From Deltaproteobacteria bacterium (GTDB lineage Bacteria > Myxococcota > Kuafuiibacteriia > Kuafuiibacteriales > Kuafuiibacteriaceae), in NCBI GenBank assembly GCA_040218735.1, contig JAVJQW010000011.1, forward strand, positions 32,001 through 96,000: a stretch of DNA of 64,000 nucleotides. The letters are read 5' to 3'. Positions 28,261 to 38,794 of this stretch are shown here, piece by piece. Made by a program: the position numbers and the translations under genes. Positions within the stretch are counted from its first letter, which is position 1; the number at the start of each line of letters is the position of its first letter. Below the pieces are notes generated by a model. The model was not told the DNA's origin. It saw only the letters and a program-made list of their open reading frames with translations, and did no database searches.

Positions 28261-31200
28261 AGGTGCGGTCCATTCGCCTGCTTTCGGCGCTCCTGGGAGT
28301 GGGGCTCGCGATCGCGTGTCGGTCGGAAGGAAGCGTCGCGCTGCGGTTTCAGATCGAGGACCTCCCCGCGGACCTGTCGGGGCTCTTCCTCCACGTCCAG
28401 GTCCGCGACGCCGACGGCGACGTGCTCGGAGGCAGCGTCACCGCGGCCGCACGCGAGATCCAGCTCGCGCTGTCCGTGCCCCACGGCGACGACCGCGTAG
28501 CCGTCGTCGAGCTCCGCGACGGCGCGTCGTCGAGCGCCTCGAACGTGATCGCCTATGGCGTCTCTGCGCCGTTCTCGTTGACCGTCGGCGAGGACACCAT
28601 GGTCGACGCCGTCGTGGTGATGCAGCGGGTGCCCGCGCTCCTCTCCATCACCGCACCCGACGTCGTGCGCGACCCGACCATCACGGTCACCCTCACCGCC
28701 GACCGGAGCGACGTCGCATCCATCGTGCTCGCGCAGGATCCGAGCCTCACGTACGGGCGCCAAGTCTACGACGCCGACGCGGACCTCACCGTCACCTACG
28801 ACCTCGACGCCCCGTGCCGCCCGACCAACACCTGTACCGACGGACGCCGCAACGTCTTCGCGCGCCTCGTCGACCGCGCCGGGTACAGCTCCACCGCGAC
28901 GTCCGCGCCCGTGTTCGTCGACACCGAAGCGCCGCGTGTCCTCCCCGGCTCGGGCACCGTGCAGTTCCTCGCCCCCGCCGGGCTCCTCACCCCGACCGCC
29001 GCCGGCGCGGGCGTGACGGTGCGGCTCGCGTTTGTGCTCGACGAAGCCGTCACGAGCACGCCGACCGTCGTGCTCGCCGACTCCGGCTTGCCCTTCGAGC
29101 TCGTGCGCACCGAGCTCGGCGCGTACATCTTCGAGCGCACCGTCGCGGCGACCGACCCGACCGGCCCGCAACGCCCGCTCGTCACTGCGCGGGACGTCGC
29201 CGGCAACGAAGCGCCCCGCCTCGCCCCGCAGCTCGAGTACGCCGTCGAGCACGAGGCCCCTGGGGCGCCGGCGGTCGACGTGCCCGGCGCCGTCGTCTAC
29301 CACCGCGACCCCTACCGCGTCGCCTCGGAGGGCGGCGCGTCGTTCCGCGTCGTCGGGGCGGCGGGCGCCGTGGAGGGAGGCGCGCGCGTCGTCGTCTACG
29401 ACCGCGCCGAAGCGTTCGTCGACGGGGTCGAGGTCGCCACCCGATCGGGCGCCGCGACCGCGGAGCCGGACGGCAGCTTCGTCGTCCCGCTCGCACCGGT
29501 CGACCTCGAAGCGGTCTACATCCTCGCGCTCGACACCGCCGGCAACTTCGACGCGCAGGGCACCGCAACGCGGGTGCGCGACGTCGAGTGGCGCATCCCC
29601 GCGGGCTCCAGCTCAGGCGCGCGCCCGCCGATCGACGTGTTCACGGTCGACCGACTCGACGACACCACGCGGCTCGATCGCGAAGGCACCTTCGAGGTCG
29701 ACCCGTCCGTCATCGATGGCGGCGTCGAAGCCCACTACGACCCGCGATGGAGCGAGCTGCTCCCCACCGCGTCCCCCCTCCCCGACGCGCTGCGTTTCTC
29801 CGCCGTCGCCAACGACACTGCGCGCGGCCGCCTCGTCGTCCACGCCGGGCGCTCCGCCGGCGACGTCGTACGCAGCGACACCTGGGAGTGGGACGGCCGA
29901 ATGTGGCAGAACCTCGGGTCGCTCGGGACACCGCCCGCCTGCGACGACGGCACCGCGGACGGCGACGACGCATTCGGGCTCGCGACCTACGACGGCGCGC
30001 TGGGCCTCTCCCTCGTCGTGTGTCGTCACCTCGACCCGCGCCAAGCGCCGCCGCTCCCGGCAGGCGGCGTCGACGTGATGCGCGCGTACGGTTGGGACGG
30101 CGCGCGGTGGCGCACCGTCGACATCGAGGCCGCGACCGCACCGGGCGGACGCACGGGCGCGGCGCTCGCGTACGATCCCACCCGCGGACGCACGGTGATG
30201 TTCGGCGGCAACCGCGCTTCGCTCGTCCTCCCCGGCGCGAGTGCGACGACGCTCGGCGACACGTGGGAGCTCGAAGCCGTCCCCGCCGTGTCGGTCGGCG
30301 CACGCGCACGCATGCGATGGATCGAACGCACCGGCGGGCCGCCCGCCCGCGACCGCCACGCGATGGTCTACGCGCCCGGCCTCGGCGGCGTCGCGATGTT
30401 CGGCGGGATCTCCGCGGCGCCGGACCGACACGCGCTCGACGACCTGTGGATCTGGGACGGCACCACCTGGACCGAGGTGGCGAAGACCGGCGCGTGGCCG
30501 CCCGCCCGCGCGCTCCACACGCTCGTCTACGATCCGCGGAGCCAGAGCGTGGGGGTGCTCGGCGGCGTCGCCGAAGAACCAGCGTCCACGGACGTCGACC
30601 TCGTCGGCGAGGGCCTCGACGACGCGTGGTGGTTCGACGGCGCGACGTGGACGCAGACCGGGACCATCGCCGGCGCCGCGCGCGGCCCGGGGCTCGTCGC
30701 GTCCGGGATGCGGAGCCGCAGCGACGTCTACGTGGTGTCGGGGGTGACGCCCGGTGCCGCGCCGTCGGCTTCACGCACCTTCGTGGTCGACCCGGTGCGC
30801 TGGTCGGACCGGACGCCGTCGAGCGCGGTTCCGCCGCAGAACATTCGCAGCGACCTGACGTACGACCCGATCCGCGACCTCGTCTGGTACTCCACGTACC
30901 AGGTCGTATCGGAAGCGACCACGGCGAGCGAAACGTGGCTGTGGAGCGAAAGCGGGTGGCGCGTCATCGACCGCGACGCCCGGCTCCAAGACCCTATTGC
31001 GTGTGTCTTCGACCGCCGCGACAGCGTGATGTTCCAGCTCAGCGGCGCGCCGGTGATTCGCATACCGGACCAGACACCCAGCCTGCGGATCCCGCCCCCA
31101 TTCACCGCCGTGAACGGAGGCGCTGGCTGGTCGATTACGTCCACGACGGTACCGGTCTTGGGCGCGGGGAACGCGGGCACCTTCGTCCTGGACGACCTGC

Positions 31201-32171
31201 TCTTCGACCACGCGCGGATGCGTCCCGTCGTCCTGAACACGGCGGGCCAGGTGCAGCTGCCGAATGGCACCTTCGGCCCACCCACGTCGCAGGAGCTCCA
31301 CGTGTGGGTTCCGCCCGAGTGGGTCCGCATCGATCAGACCGACCTCCTCGTCGGCGGCCCGAACGAGGCCGTTCTCCCGAACCGTCGGTTCGTCGAAGAG
31401 CGTTGGACCGGGCGCTACTTCCTCCAAACCACCGACGGCGAGGGACGACGCACGTTTACGTTCGACGGCGCCGAATGGACCGAGCGCTCCGGGACCGAGG
31501 GCTCGTGGAGCGTGAGCCGAGGCGTCGTCGCCGTCGACGCGCGTCGACACATCCTGACCTTCGGCGGGACGAGCAGACGCGCCGCGACGTGGTCCTGGAA
31601 CGGCGACCGCTACCGCCCACAGACGACGGCGGGTCCCGCACCGCCCGCGGTCGTGGGCCGCAGCCTCGCCTACGACGAACGCCGCCGACGTGTCGTCGTC
31701 GTCGAGCCGCGCCTGCCGACGCAGTCCCTCGACGCCCCCGCCGGGGCCGCGTTCCTGCTCGATGTCGACCCCGACGCCACCCCCGCGATCGTCGTACGCG
31801 CGCGTCTCGACGTCGGCGGCGTCGCCCCCGGCCTCGTCCAAGGTGTCCGCGTTCGCACCGTCGCGGGCGGCGTTGGGTTCGCTTCGACGAGCTCCGCCGC
31901 CTCCGACGGCGTCTCACTCTCGGCCTACGACCGGCGCGGCACCCGCTGGGAACCGCTCGCCGCGAGCGCGTCTGCGATCGAGTCTCCGAGTGAGATCGAC
32001 TTGTTGCTGTCCGACCCCCAGCTCGCTCGCGTCACGGGCGCGTCCAACGCCGAGATCCGCTTCGCGCTGCAGCCCGCCGGCGGTCTCGGCCGCGGGGAGG
32101 ACGCGCCGACGGTGCTGGTCGAGCGCTTCGAGGTCGTGGTGCAGTATCGACTACCGACGGAGAATCGATGA
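28257..32171 (+). CDS. Kelch-like propeller lipoprotein (paralog 2)
   Basis: GTG start overlaps the paralog 1 TGA; lipobox AIAC; colinear with paralogs 1 and 3. Confidence 0.82.
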   Translation: MKVRSIRLLSALLGVGLAIACRSEGSVALRFQIEDLPADLSGLFLHVQVRDADGDVLGGSVTAAAREIQLALSVPHGDDRVAVVELRDGASSSASNVIAYGVSAPFSLTVGEDTMVDAVVVMQRVPALLSITAPDVVRDPTITVTLTADRSDVASIVLAQDPSLTYGRQVYDADADLTVTYDLDAPCRPTNTCTDGRRNVFARLVDRAGYSSTATSAPVFVDTEAPRVLPGSGTVQFLAPAGLLTPTAAGAGVTVRLAFVLDEAVTSTPTVVLADSGLPFELVRTELGAYIFERTVAATDPTGPQRPLVTARDVAGNEAPRLAPQLEYAVEHEAPGAPAVDVPGAVVYHRDPYRVASEGGASFRVVGAAGAVEGGARVVVYDRAEAFVDGVEVATRSGAATAEPDGSFVVPLAPVDLEAVYILALDTAGNFDAQGTATRVRDVEWRIPAGSSSGARPPIDVFTVDRLDDTTRLDREGTFEVDPSVIDGGVEAHYDPRWSELLPTASPLPDALRFSAVANDTARGRLVVHAGRSAGDVVRSDTWEWDGRMWQNLGSLGTPPACDDGTADGDDAFGLATYDGALGLSLVVCRHLDPRQAPPLPAGGVDVMRAYGWDGARWRTVDIEAATAPGGRTGAALAYDPTRGRTVMFGGNRASLVLPGASATTLGDTWELEAVPAVSVGARARMRWIERTGGPPARDRHAMVYAPGLGGVAMFGGISAAPDRHALDDLWIWDGTTWTEVAKTGAWPPARALHTLVYDPRSQSVGVLGGVAEEPASTDVDLVGEGLDDAWWFDGATWTQTGTIAGAARGPGLVASGMRSRSDVYVVSGVTPGAAPSASRTFVVDPVRWSDRTPSSAVPPQNIRSDLTYDPIRDLVWYSTYQVVSEATTASETWLWSESGWRVIDRDARLQDPIACVFDRRDSVMFQLSGAPVIRIPDQTPSLRIPPPFTAVNGGAGWSITSTTVPVLGAGNAGTFVLDDLLFDHARMRPVVLNTAGQVQLPNGTFGPPTSQELHVWVPPEWVRIDQTDLLVGGPNEAVLPNRRFVEERWTGRYFLQTTDGEGRRTFTFDGAEWTERSGTEGSWSVSRGVVAVDARRHILTFGGTSRRAATWSWNGDRYRPQTTAGPAPPAVVGRSLAYDERRRRVVVVEPRLPTQSLDAPAGAAFLLDVDPDATPAIVVRARLDVGGVAPGLVQGVRVRTVAGGVGFASTSSAASDGVSLSAYDRRGTRWEPLAASASAIESPSEIDLLLSDPQLARVTGASNAEIRFALQPAGGLGRGEDAPTVLVERFEVVVQYRLPTENR

Positions 32172-35100
32172 GCCGACGCTTCACCACCATCGGCCTGCTG
32201 TGCTTCGCGCTCGCCGCCTGTCGCTCCGAGGGGCGGGTCGCGCTGCGCTTCTCGATCGAGAACCTCCCGACGGATCTCACCGGGCTCTTCCTCCACGTCC
32301 AGGTCGTCGACGCCGACGACGACGTCCTCAGCGGCAGCATCGTCCCCGCCGCGCGCGACGCACAGCTCGCGCTGTCGGTGCCGCACGGCGACGACCGCTC
32401 CGCCGTGGTCGAGCTTCGTGACAGCGCATCACCCGCGACCTCCAACGTGATCGCGTACGGCGTATCGAACCCGTTCTCGCTACACCCGGGCGACGACACG
32501 GTCGTGGAAGCGGTCGTCGTCATGCGACCGGTCCCCGCGATCGTGGACCTCGACGTGCCCGACGTCGTCCGCGACCCCAACGTCGTCGTCTCGGTCACGG
32601 CCGACCGTGAAGACATCGCCCAGATCGTCCTCGCGCAGGACCCGAGCATGACGTTCGGTCGCCAGGTCTTCGACGCCGCGAGTGGTCTCTCGGTGGTCTA
32701 CGACATCGACGCCCCGTGCCGCGACGGCGGCGGCTGCGCCGACGGACGACGCAACGTCTTCGCGCGGCTCGTCGACGACGCCGGCTACAGCTCCACCGCG
32801 ACCTCCACGCCGCTCGTCGTCGACACGAAGTCACCGGGGGTGTTGCCGGGATCCGGCACCGTGCAGTTCGTCGAACCGGCCGAGCTGCTCACGCCCACCT
32901 CGGCGAGCACCGGCATCACCGTCCGCCTGACGTTTGTCTTCGACGAGCCGGTCACCAGCACGCCGACGGTTACGCTCGCCGACTCGGGCCTGACGTTCGA
33001 CCTCGTGCGCATCGAGCTCGGCGCGTACGTCTTCGAGCGCGTCGTCACTTCGCTGGACCCCGAGGGCGTGCAGCGACCGCTCGTCCAGGCGCGCGACCGC
33101 GCGGGCAACGAAGCCCCCGCGCCCGCCCCCGACCTCGAGTACCTCGTCGACCACGTCCCGCCCGCGGCGCCCGCCGTGGACGCCGAAGAAACGATCGTCT
33201 ACCGCCGCAGCCCCTACCGCGAAGCCACCGAGGGCGGCCCTTCGTTCACCGTCGTCGGCGCGGCCGGCGCGATCGAGGGTGGCGCCCGCGTCGTCGTATA
33301 CGACCGCGCGGAGGCGTTCGTGGACGGGGTCGAGGTCGCCAACCGCGCGGGCGCCGCCGACGCCGCCGCCGACGGCAGCTTCGTGGTGCAGCTCGCACCG
33401 GTCGATCTCCCGGAGGTCTACGTGCTGGTGCTCGACCGCGCCGGCAACCCGCACGGCGCCGAGGCCACGCGTGTCCGCGACATCGTGTGGACGCTGCCGG
33501 CGGGGGTGTCGGGCGGGACACCACCGCCGGTCGACGTCTTCACGGTCGACCGCCTCCCCACCACCGCGCGCTTCGACGGCGCGGGGGTGGTCGACGTCGA
33601 CGACCTCGCTCCGCTCGCGCGCGCGGACGGCGCAGGCATCGAGTCCCGCTACGACCTGCGTTGGACGGAGTGGCTCCCCGCGACCACCGCGATGCCCGAG
33701 GACATTCGCTTCGCCGCGACCGCCGAGGATCCGGAGCGCGGCCGACTCGTCGTCTTCGGCGGACGCACCGCCAACGACCTGGTCCGGACCACGACGTGGG
33801 AGTGGGACGGCCAGCGCTGGCGGAGCTTCTCGCCGACGGGCGCCGAGCCGGTCTGCGACGACGGCTCGGTCGACGGCAGTGATCCCTTCGGCGCGATGAC
33901 CTACCACGGCGCGCTCGGACTCACCCTGGCCGTGTGCCGCCACCTCGATCCGCTGCAGGCCCCGCCGCTCCCGATGGGCGGCGTCGACGTGATGGAGGCG
34001 TTCGGTTGGGACGGCGCGCGGTGGCGAAGTGTGCCGATCGAAGGGGGCACCGAACCCGTCGGGCGCACCGGCGCCGCCGTCGCCTACGATCGCGCGCGCG
34101 GGCGCACCGTGATGTTCGGCGGCAACACGTCGTCGCTGCTCCTCCCCGGCGCGGGCGCCGCGGCGCTCGGAGACACCTGGGAGCTGGAGGCCATCCCCAC
34201 CGAGCGCGTCGGCGTGCAAGCTAGCTTGCGTTGGACCGAACACGCCGCCGCGGGCCCGCCGGCGCGCGACCGCCACGCGATGGTCTACGCGCCGAGCCTC
34301 GGCGGCGTCGTCCTGTTCGGCGGCTTCTCCGCAGCGCCGGATCGCCACCCGCTCGACGACCTGTGGATCTGGGACGGGGCGACGTGGACGGAGGTCGAAA
34401 AGAGCGGCGCGTGGCCACCCGCGCGCGCACTGCACACCCTCGTCTACGATCCGCGGAGCGGCAACGTCGGCGTGCTCGGCGGCGTCGACGCGGAGCCGGC
34501 GTCCACGAGCGTCGACCTCGTCGGCGAGGGCCTCGCCGACGCGTGGTGGTTCGACGGGACGACGTGGACCGAGACGCCGACGACCGCCGACGCCCCGCGT
34601 GGACCGGGCATCGCAGCCGGTTCCCTCGAACACAGAGGCGACGTCTTCGCGCTGACGGGCGTCGTCCCCGAGGCGGAGCCGCGCGCTTCGCAGACGTTCG
34701 TCGTGGATGCCGCGCGCTGGTCCGACCGCACGCCGTCGGGCGCGATACCGCCGCAGACCGGGCGGCAGTCGCTGCTCTACGACTCGGGCCGCGACCTCTT
34801 CTGGCTGCTGACATCGAGCGGATCGTATCCGGACTTCATCGGGGAGTTGTGGTTCTGGTCGGACGCCGGCTGGCGATTTGTCTCCGACGAGCTGCCATTC
34901 AGAGAGACGAGGTCCGCCGTGTTCGACGACCGCCTCGGCCAGGCGCTGCTGCTCGGAACCGTCGACTTGCTCCCGAGCGAGTTGGAGTTCTCGCACCGGG
35001 TCTTCGTTGGCGACGGCGCGGATTGGCTCCAGGCTTCGACCGTCGTCGACGGCCAACCGCTTGGCTTCTTCAACGGCGCCGGGTTCATCTACGCGGTGTT

Positions 35101-36046
35101 CCAGCTCTTCCTCTACGATCGCGCGCTCGACCGCCCCGTCGTCCTCGCGCTCGGCGGATTCGATCCCGTGCAGGCGACGTTCACGGGATTCGAGCTCTTC
35201 GACTGGACGAACCCGACCTGGCGATCGCTCGGCCTGCACCCGGCCTTCACCGAGAGACCGTCCATCCACATCGCCTACGACGACCGGAGCGGCCGGTACC
35301 TCGCGCAGACCTCGGACCTCGCCGGCCGCGCCACGTACGCATACGACGGCCAGAGCTGGTCCTCGATCGGCGGCACCGAGGGCGACTGGAACTCCGTCCG
35401 CGGGATGGTTTCGGACGTCGCGCGTCGACGCGTCCTCACCGTCGGCAGCTCGGCCGGGCGCGCGCGCACGTGGGCGTGGGACGGCGCCGGATACCGCGCC
35501 GTGACGACGGTCGGCTCCGCACCCGCGAGGACCATCGGTCGCGGCATCGCGTACGATGGTCGGCGCCACCGCGTCCTGGTCCTGGAGTCACGCGAAGCGG
35601 GCATCCCGTTCGACGCACCCGCGGGCGCGGTCTACGCGCTCGACGCCGAGCCCAACTCCACGCCCGCGCTCGCGTTCCGCGCGCGCCTCGCCGCGGGGGG
35701 CGTCGCGCCGGGGCTCGTCCGCTCCGTGGGGATCGAAGCGGACGCCGGCGGCACCGGCTACACCGCGACGGCCACCGTGAGCACCGGCGGGGTCGTCCTC
35801 GCGGCGTACGATCGAAGCGCGGCCGCGTGGGTCCCGCTCGCCGCCAGCACGGCCGACGCCAGCACCCCCGCGCGCCTCGGCCACGCGCTCACCCCGAGTG
35901 AGCTCTCGCGTGTGTTGCGCGCCGACGACGCGGAGCTGCTCGTCGCGCTCCGCACCTCCGAAGGGCTCGGCGCAGGGCCGGCGGGTCCGCGCGTGAACGC
36001 GGACCACCTGACCCTCGTCGTGACCTATCGTCTCCCCGATCAGTAG
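32168..36046 (+). CDS. Kelch-like propeller lipoprotein (paralog 3)
   Basis: ATGA coupling; lipobox LAAC; colinear with paralogs 1 and 2. Confidence 0.85.
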   Translation: MSRRFTTIGLLCFALAACRSEGRVALRFSIENLPTDLTGLFLHVQVVDADDDVLSGSIVPAARDAQLALSVPHGDDRSAVVELRDSASPATSNVIAYGVSNPFSLHPGDDTVVEAVVVMRPVPAIVDLDVPDVVRDPNVVVSVTADREDIAQIVLAQDPSMTFGRQVFDAASGLSVVYDIDAPCRDGGGCADGRRNVFARLVDDAGYSSTATSTPLVVDTKSPGVLPGSGTVQFVEPAELLTPTSASTGITVRLTFVFDEPVTSTPTVTLADSGLTFDLVRIELGAYVFERVVTSLDPEGVQRPLVQARDRAGNEAPAPAPDLEYLVDHVPPAAPAVDAEETIVYRRSPYREATEGGPSFTVVGAAGAIEGGARVVVYDRAEAFVDGVEVANRAGAADAAADGSFVVQLAPVDLPEVYVLVLDRAGNPHGAEATRVRDIVWTLPAGVSGGTPPPVDVFTVDRLPTTARFDGAGVVDVDDLAPLARADGAGIESRYDLRWTEWLPATTAMPEDIRFAATAEDPERGRLVVFGGRTANDLVRTTTWEWDGQRWRSFSPTGAEPVCDDGSVDGSDPFGAMTYHGALGLTLAVCRHLDPLQAPPLPMGGVDVMEAFGWDGARWRSVPIEGGTEPVGRTGAAVAYDRARGRTVMFGGNTSSLLLPGAGAAALGDTWELEAIPTERVGVQASLRWTEHAAAGPPARDRHAMVYAPSLGGVVLFGGFSAAPDRHPLDDLWIWDGATWTEVEKSGAWPPARALHTLVYDPRSGNVGVLGGVDAEPASTSVDLVGEGLADAWWFDGTTWTETPTTADAPRGPGIAAGSLEHRGDVFALTGVVPEAEPRASQTFVVDAARWSDRTPSGAIPPQTGRQSLLYDSGRDLFWLLTSSGSYPDFIGELWFWSDAGWRFVSDELPFRETRSAVFDDRLGQALLLGTVDLLPSELEFSHRVFVGDGADWLQASTVVDGQPLGFFNGAGFIYAVFQLFLYDRALDRPVVLALGGFDPVQATFTGFELFDWTNPTWRSLGLHPAFTERPSIHIAYDDRSGRYLAQTSDLAGRATYAYDGQSWSSIGGTEGDWNSVRGMVSDVARRRVLTVGSSAGRARTWAWDGAGYRAVTTVGSAPARTIGRGIAYDGRRHRVLVLESREAGIPFDAPAGAVYALDAEPNSTPALAFRARLAAGGVAPGLVRSVGIEADAGGTGYTATATVSTGGVVLAAYDRSAAAWVPLAASTADASTPARLGHALTPSELSRVLRADDAELLVALRTSEGLGAGPAGPRVNADHLTLVVTYRLPDQ

Positions 36047-37473
36047 GCGACGACGGCTGCGGACGCGCCGACCGACGACGTGAACACCGCGACGACCGCG
36101 TTCAGATCCACGATCTCGTGCGCACCGTTGCCGCTCTGGACGTCGGTCGTGGTCGCGGTCGTGACGTACTGAATCCCGCCGGTCGTCGTGCTCGTCGGCG
36201 CATAGTCGAGGACGCCGAGGGCGCCGTCCGAGATGCCGTTCATGTTCAGGCGGCGCACGACGACGTAGCCCGAACCATCGGTCGAGGCCGCGACGCCAAA
36301 CCCGAAGGGATGCGGCGCGCTATGACCGGCAGGGACGATCAGCGGCTCCGCAGTGCCCGCCTGCACGTCGATGCGCGCGGTGCACGTCGAGTTTCCGAAA
36401 GTCGACGCACACGAGTAGTACGCGGTGGACGGCGGGCTGAACGCGATATCACCGCCCAGCGACAGCCCCGAGATCATGTGCTCGAGCGCAAACGTCTGCC
36501 CGAGGTCGGTGCTCCGGTGGATCTCGAAGCGCAGCGGCGCGTCGATGAAGGCGATCAGGTCCCCGGTCGCCGGGTCGACGTGGATCGCGCCGCCCGCGGC
36601 GGTCGCGCTGGTGATCGACGCGAGCTCGAACGTCGTCTCTCCGAAGTCGGAGTTGCGCCAGACGCGGACCTCGGAACCCGCGCTGTCCTTCACCGCCAGG
36701 AAGACGTGGTTGCGCCACGACGCGATGTGCGGGCCGTAGTCGAGCAAGCCGCTCGCCACGGGGCCGGCGTCGACCACCCGGGGCGCCGACCACGTCGCGC
36801 CGCCGTCCGTCGACTTCGCGAACACCAGCGCGCCGCCCGTCGTGTTCGCCGCGGCGTACAGGACGTCGGGGGCGTGGGCGTGGATCGCGAAGCGCTCCAC
36901 GGTGGGGATCGCGATCGGCGTCGGGTCCGCGTAGCTCACGCCGAGGTCGGCGCTCCGCGCGACGTACGGCGCGCCGGCGCAGTCCATCGCGACGAAGATA
37001 CGGCCCGAGGGGTCGACCGTGACCTTGTCGATCTGCGCGGAGGGAATCGTACACCCCGGGCCGACGACCTGCTCGGGCACCGTAGCTGCGAGCGTCGGCG
37101 CCGGCGGTCCACACACACCCGAGAGGCAGACGTCTCCGCCCGCGCAAGCTGCGTTGCAAGCACCGCAGTGCCCATCGTCGGCGAACAGGTCGGCGCATAC
37201 GCCGTCGCAGTTCGTGAGCGGGTCCATACACATGCCGGCGTCACGCGGACCACCGTCGCGCGCGCCGCCGTCGCGCGGCGTCCCCGAGTCTGGCGTACCG
37301 CCGTCGGGTACGTCGACGCCGCCGTCGCGGAACCCGGCGTCCCGTACGACTTCGGTTCCGCTGTCGCGGGTCCCGCCGTCGCGCGGGTCGATCATCTCGT
37401 CGTCGTCATCACCGCCGCTGCAGCTCGCGAGCACCAGCGCAAACGTCAAACCCACTAGGCGTCGCACCATCAT
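36040..37473 (-). CDS. Lipoprotein with DGG-rich linker, Cys-rich module and BNR/Asp-box propeller
   Basis: Lipobox LASC; RDGG/RDSG repeats; CDGVCADL...HCGACNAAC; Asp boxes SADLG, STDGGATWS, STDLGQTF. Confidence 0.78.
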   Translation of the reverse strand: MMVRRLVGLTFALVLASCSGGDDDDEMIDPRDGGTRDSGTEVVRDAGFRDGGVDVPDGGTPDSGTPRDGGARDGGPRDAGMCMDPLTNCDGVCADLFADDGHCGACNAACAGGDVCLSGVCGPPAPTLAATVPEQVVGPGCTIPSAQIDKVTVDPSGRIFVAMDCAGAPYVARSADLGVSYADPTPIAIPTVERFAIHAHAPDVLYAAANTTGGALVFAKSTDGGATWSAPRVVDAGPVASGLLDYGPHIASWRNHVFLAVKDSAGSEVRVWRNSDFGETTFELASITSATAAGGAIHVDPATGDLIAFIDAPLRFEIHRSTDLGQTFALEHMISGLSLGGDIAFSPPSTAYYSCASTFGNSTCTARIDVQAGTAEPLIVPAGHSAPHPFGFGVAASTDGSGYVVVRRLNMNGISDGALGVLDYAPTSTTTGGIQYVTTATTTDVQSGNGAHEIVDLNAVVAVFTSSVGASAAVVAY

Positions 37474-37837
37474 GAAGCGTCGAGGATACACAGATCTGGT
37501 TTTCATGGGCTCCCCTTCCGCAAGCCGCGTGCCGATTGCGGCGCGTCGCGAGTCGCCATCGTGTCACGACGGATCGCCACGTCACCGTGCCATGGTTCGA
37601 GACCCCACCGCGCGACCATCGCAGCCTGAGATTCACCCCGAGACGGATCGCGTCGGGTCGCGCGGCACGGGGCCGACATGAATTCGCACTACGCATCCCT
37701 AGCGTAAACGTCGAGGCTCCGGCTCGCGTCACCCCCCTCGCGCCTGACACACGTCGACGCACGACCGGCTGTGACACGACGAGGGCCGTGCAACCTAACC
37801 GCCTTGGCACGACCGCTGCTATCGTCCCCCGTCGACC

Positions 37838-38794
37838 ATGCAGATCGTCGAGCTCCTCCTCGCTTACGCCGGACCCACGATCGTCGGCCTCGTCTTCGTC
37901 GTGACCGGCTTCCTCAAGCTCGCCGAGCCGATGCCGTTCGGGATGCACCTGCAGAAGCTCGAGCTCGTGCCGCCGAAGTACTTCGCGCGCGTCCTGACGT
38001 TCGCGATCGTCCAGGAGCTCGTGCTCGGCGTCGCGCTCCTCATCGGTTGCGCACCGATGCTCGTCATCCCCCTCGCCATCCTCACCATCGCGACCTTCAC
38101 GATCATCACCCTGCGCGCCGGCGCCGCCGGTCGCATCACCGACTGCGGCTGTTACCAAGGGCTGATCGAGCTGACCCCGAAGCAGAGCGCGCTCGTCAAC
38201 CTCGGCTACATGCTCGCCCTCGCCGCGGCCCTCCCCTTCCGCCTGCACCTCGGCCACTGGGTCACCGGCCTGATCGTCGCCGCCGCCGCCATCGCAGCAA
38301 CGCTCCTCGCGCGCGAGTCGCTGAAGCGCAGCGCACAGATGCGCGACCCCCTCATCGATCTCAACGGCGTCAAGGCCGGCAAACGCTTCGATCCTCGCTG
38401 GACCCCCGGCTGCCCCGTCGACCTCGGCGAAGGCGAACGCCTCGTCGTCTTCCTCGGCCTCGGCTGCTCCGCCTGCAAGCCATGGCTCCCCGTCCTGCGC
38501 GCGCTGAACGCGTCGAACCAGGGGATGCCGGTCATCGGCGTGCTCGCCGGCGACGCTTCGGCGGTCATCGCGTTCGTCGCCGAATACCAAGTGGACCTCC
38601 CGCTCGTCGTCATCCCGCACGGACGATTCAACCGCCTCGTCCGCGGCACGCCGATCGCGGCGCACCTCGTCGATGGACGCATCGAACACCGCTACGTCGG
38701 GGTCCTCCCTCGCGACGTCGCGCTGCGCGCGCGCAATCGTCCAAAGCCGAGCGTCTCAGTGGAATCCACTGAAGCGATCGGGGTCGCCGGATGA
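37838..38794 (+). CDS. MauE/DoxX-like membrane protein fused to a thioredoxin-like domain
   Basis: About 5 TM segments, GFLKL, DCGCYQG (MauE CGC motif), followed by GCSACKPW (CxxC). Confidence 0.8.
   Translation: MQIVELLLAYAGPTIVGLVFVVTGFLKLAEPMPFGMHLQKLELVPPKYFARVLTFAIVQELVLGVALLIGCAPMLVIPLAILTIATFTIITLRAGAAGRITDCGCYQGLIELTPKQSALVNLGYMLALAAALPFRLHLGHWVTGLIVAAAAIAATLLARESLKRSAQMRDPLIDLNGVKAGKRFDPRWTPGCPVDLGEGERLVVFLGLGCSACKPWLPVLRALNASNQGMPVIGVLAGDASAVIAFVAEYQVDLPLVVIPHGRFNRLVRGTPIAAHLVDGRIEHRYVGVLPRDVALRARNRPKPSVSVESTEAIGVAG

Larger units (their letters stand above)
24382..36046 (+). repeat. Tandem gene triplication, unit about 3.9 kb
   Basis: Shared DNA blocks such as ctcttcctccacgt, aacgtgatcgc and gacgacctgtggatctgggacgg recur at about 3.9-kb spacing. 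Confidence 0.9.

Noticed and set aside
26970-35380. Diversity-generating retroelement behind the variable propeller sector (also considered for the FGE domain)
   Set aside because: No reverse transcriptase or template repeat in the window; the differences include indels and are not adenine-specific.
37230-37390. Short ccgccgtcgcg repeats as a CRISPR array or VNTR
   Set aside because: They encode the RDGG linker of a lipoprotein, are irregularly spaced, and no cas genes are present.
37507-37837. Long intergenic region as a riboswitch or ncRNA
   Set aside because: No conserved motif recognised by eye; more likely divergent promoters. An Rfam/Infernal scan would be needed to decide.
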